A program made the translations under genes and the position numbers. The notes below the pieces were generated by a model, which saw only the letters and a list, made by a program, of their open reading frames with translations, was not told where the DNA came from and ran no database searches. A DNA stretch of 63,132 nucleotides, the filler included. It is 7 parts of 7 records of this genome, joined end to end, with 100 filler letters (N's around TTAATTAATTAA, not from the genome) between each part and the next. Parts side by side here need not be neighbours in the genome. Positions count along the whole stretch, not along the records: positions 58,082 to 63,132 come from SRR31147125_6627; 6 more parts are not named here. One strand, given 5' to 3'. Positions 61,857 through 63,132 of this stretch are shown here, piece after piece. Positions within the stretch are counted from its first letter, which is position 1, and each line of letters begins with the position of its first letter.

Positions 61857-62255
61857 ATGACAGGACAGGTAGCAGAGCAGATGATCATGAAAGGAAAAAG
61901 TATCATGATTGTGGAGGACGAACCGATCACTGCGATGGACGAGCAGGAGATTTTAAGAAAGCTCGGTTTCCGTATCACCGGTGTTTACTTCTCTGCAGAA
62001 ACGGCCCTGGAGGCTCTGGAAAATGAGCAGCCCGACGTCATTGTTATGGATATCCTTCTTCTGGGGAAAATCAACGGTCTCGACGCAGCCATTAAAGTCA
62101 AAGAGAAATACGGGATCCCCGTCGTTTTTGTCTCTGCGGTGGGAAGGAGCATCGAACAGTTTAATTCCCCGAATTTCAAAGATAGCTGCTTTGTGCAAAA
62201 ACCCTACACCGAAGAGATTCTCGTTGACGCAATTCAACAAGTCATGGCCGCCTGA
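61857..62255 (+). CDS. Single-domain response regulator
   Basis: IVEDE, MDI.L.G.ING, PVVFVSA, KPY. Confidence 0.9.
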   Translation: MTGQVAEQMIMKGKSIMIVEDEPITAMDEQEILRKLGFRITGVYFSAETALEALENEQPDVIVMDILLLGKINGLDAAIKVKEKYGIPVVFVSAVGRSIEQFNSPNFKDSCFVQKPYTEEILVDAIQQVMAA

Positions 62256-62279
62256 CAACAACAGGATCCGCAAGCGGTC

Positions 62280-63132
62280 CTATATGAAGCGCTGCATCAT
62301 CACTGCGGCCCATGCGTCATAGCGGTCCCAGTCCACCTGATGGGCAGCCAAAGCCTTTTGCGCGTGATGGCGTAATTCAGCATCATCCAGATCATTCAGG
62401 CGGTTGAAAATGCCGCAACGTCTGCCAATCAGATACAGCAACTGCTCCCCTTCTTCCAACGCGAGAAAGTCACGAATCGGCTGTGTCAACCGTTCCTGAT
62501 CTTCGGGTAGTCTTCCCTCAACCTCCTGAAACAGGTTGAGGATATGATCACTCTTGACCGTACTGCTGATCCCTTTCAGATTATCCAGAAGCATCAGCAA
62601 CTCTTTCGCTTTATCGACATCCCCCAATGGAGTGAAGGTGCCGTCTTTTACATCCTGGTAAAGCTCCACCGCTTCAGGAATCGCCAGAGTGCGGATGCGA
62701 ATAAAATCGGGATCAATCTGATTCAGGGCATCGGCAGTTTCCAGGGCGTTTTCTCTGCTGAACTCCTGACCGCCCAACCCCGGCATAAAATACTCCGACA
62801 ATTCGATTCCGGCCCGCTTCACTTTCTGCCCGGCAAGAATATGGGTCTGCTTGTCGACACCCTTATTGATAAAATCAAGGACCGGATCAGCGGCTGACTC
62901 CATGCCGATATGAATGCGATTGAGCCCGGCCTGGGCCATCCGTGACAGGTTTTCATCAGAAATCCGCGCCACCGAATGGGAACGCGCATAGGAGGTCACC
63001 CGTTCGATCCGGGGAAAGGTCTGACGTAAATAGTCGAGGATCGCGATCAGATCAGCAGGTTTGACGACCAGAGTGTTCGCATCCTGCAGAAAGACCGACG
63101 TCATCCCCCCGCGCAACCAGCTCAGCGCCGAA
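62280..63132 (-). CDS. Radical SAM protein, 5' truncated
   Basis: FLQDAN, VTSYAR, AGLNRIHIGMES..V..INKG, YFMPGLGG, SDH; the CxxxCxxC motif lies outside the window. Confidence 0.75.
   Translation of the reverse strand, partial: SALSWLRGGMTSVFLQDANTLVVKPADLIAILDYLRQTFPRIERVTSYARSHSVARISDENLSRMAQAGLNRIHIGMESAADPVLDFINKGVDKQTHILAGQKVKRAGIELSEYFMPGLGGQEFSRENALETADALNQIDPDFIRIRTLAIPEAVELYQDVKDGTFTPLGDVDKAKELLMLLDNLKGISSTVKSDHILNLFQEVEGRLPEDQERLTQPIRDFLALEEGEQLLYLIGRRCGIFNRLNDLDDAELRHHAQKALAAHQVDWDRYDAWAAVMMQRFI

Overview
This window is not one locus. It is seven unrelated contigs joined by 100-bp N linkers that carry TTAATTAATTAA, a six-frame stop. (1) 1-7177: Desulfobacterales-like molybdenum/tungsten cofactor genes (Cys-rich MoCF-binding protein, moeA, moaA, mobA), an FMN reductase, a PaaI thioesterase and two tandem solute-binding proteins. 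(2) 7278-16487: AT-rich, Clostridia-like stress/redox and regulatory genes (Crp/Fnr regulator with cupin and permease-ferredoxin, MarR with EFR1 ferredoxin, a NarL-type two-component system). (3) 16588-32537: Calditrichota/KSB1-like PPIase, PfpI, DUF72, TrmB-like methyltransferase, queuosine transporter, GH13 and GH63-like glycosidases, a YidD-like/TPR pair, an ABC exporter and an IS21 end remnant. (4) 32638-38267: an AT-rich integrated element next to a 5'-truncated tRNA-Ala(GGC) copy. Its HUH rolling-circle Rep is decayed and its xis-like HTH carries a frameshift, while its anti-phage cargo looks essentially intact (type II-like Thoeris TIR plus TM-macro, and an ApeA-like HEPN nuclease). A hidden TM/coiled-coil pseudogene lies between the cargo genes. 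(5) 38368-50652: a complete Rrf2-sufBCD-sufT-Rieske-sufS-sufU operon, gmk, a phosphoesterase, an amidase and an oxidoreductase. (6) 50753-57981: rpsA, an SH3 protein, a class II aldolase, an atypical diadenylate-cyclase-domain protein, a His-rich protein, an EamA transporter and a probable 3'-truncated 6S RNA. (7) 58082-63132: a PBP-PAS-HisKA_2 sensor kinase, a receiver protein and a radical SAM enzyme. Many genes carry single-base indels in homopolymer runs, most likely sequencing errors. The best candidate for a new system is contig 4. All family and taxon calls come from motifs recognised by eye; no searches were run.
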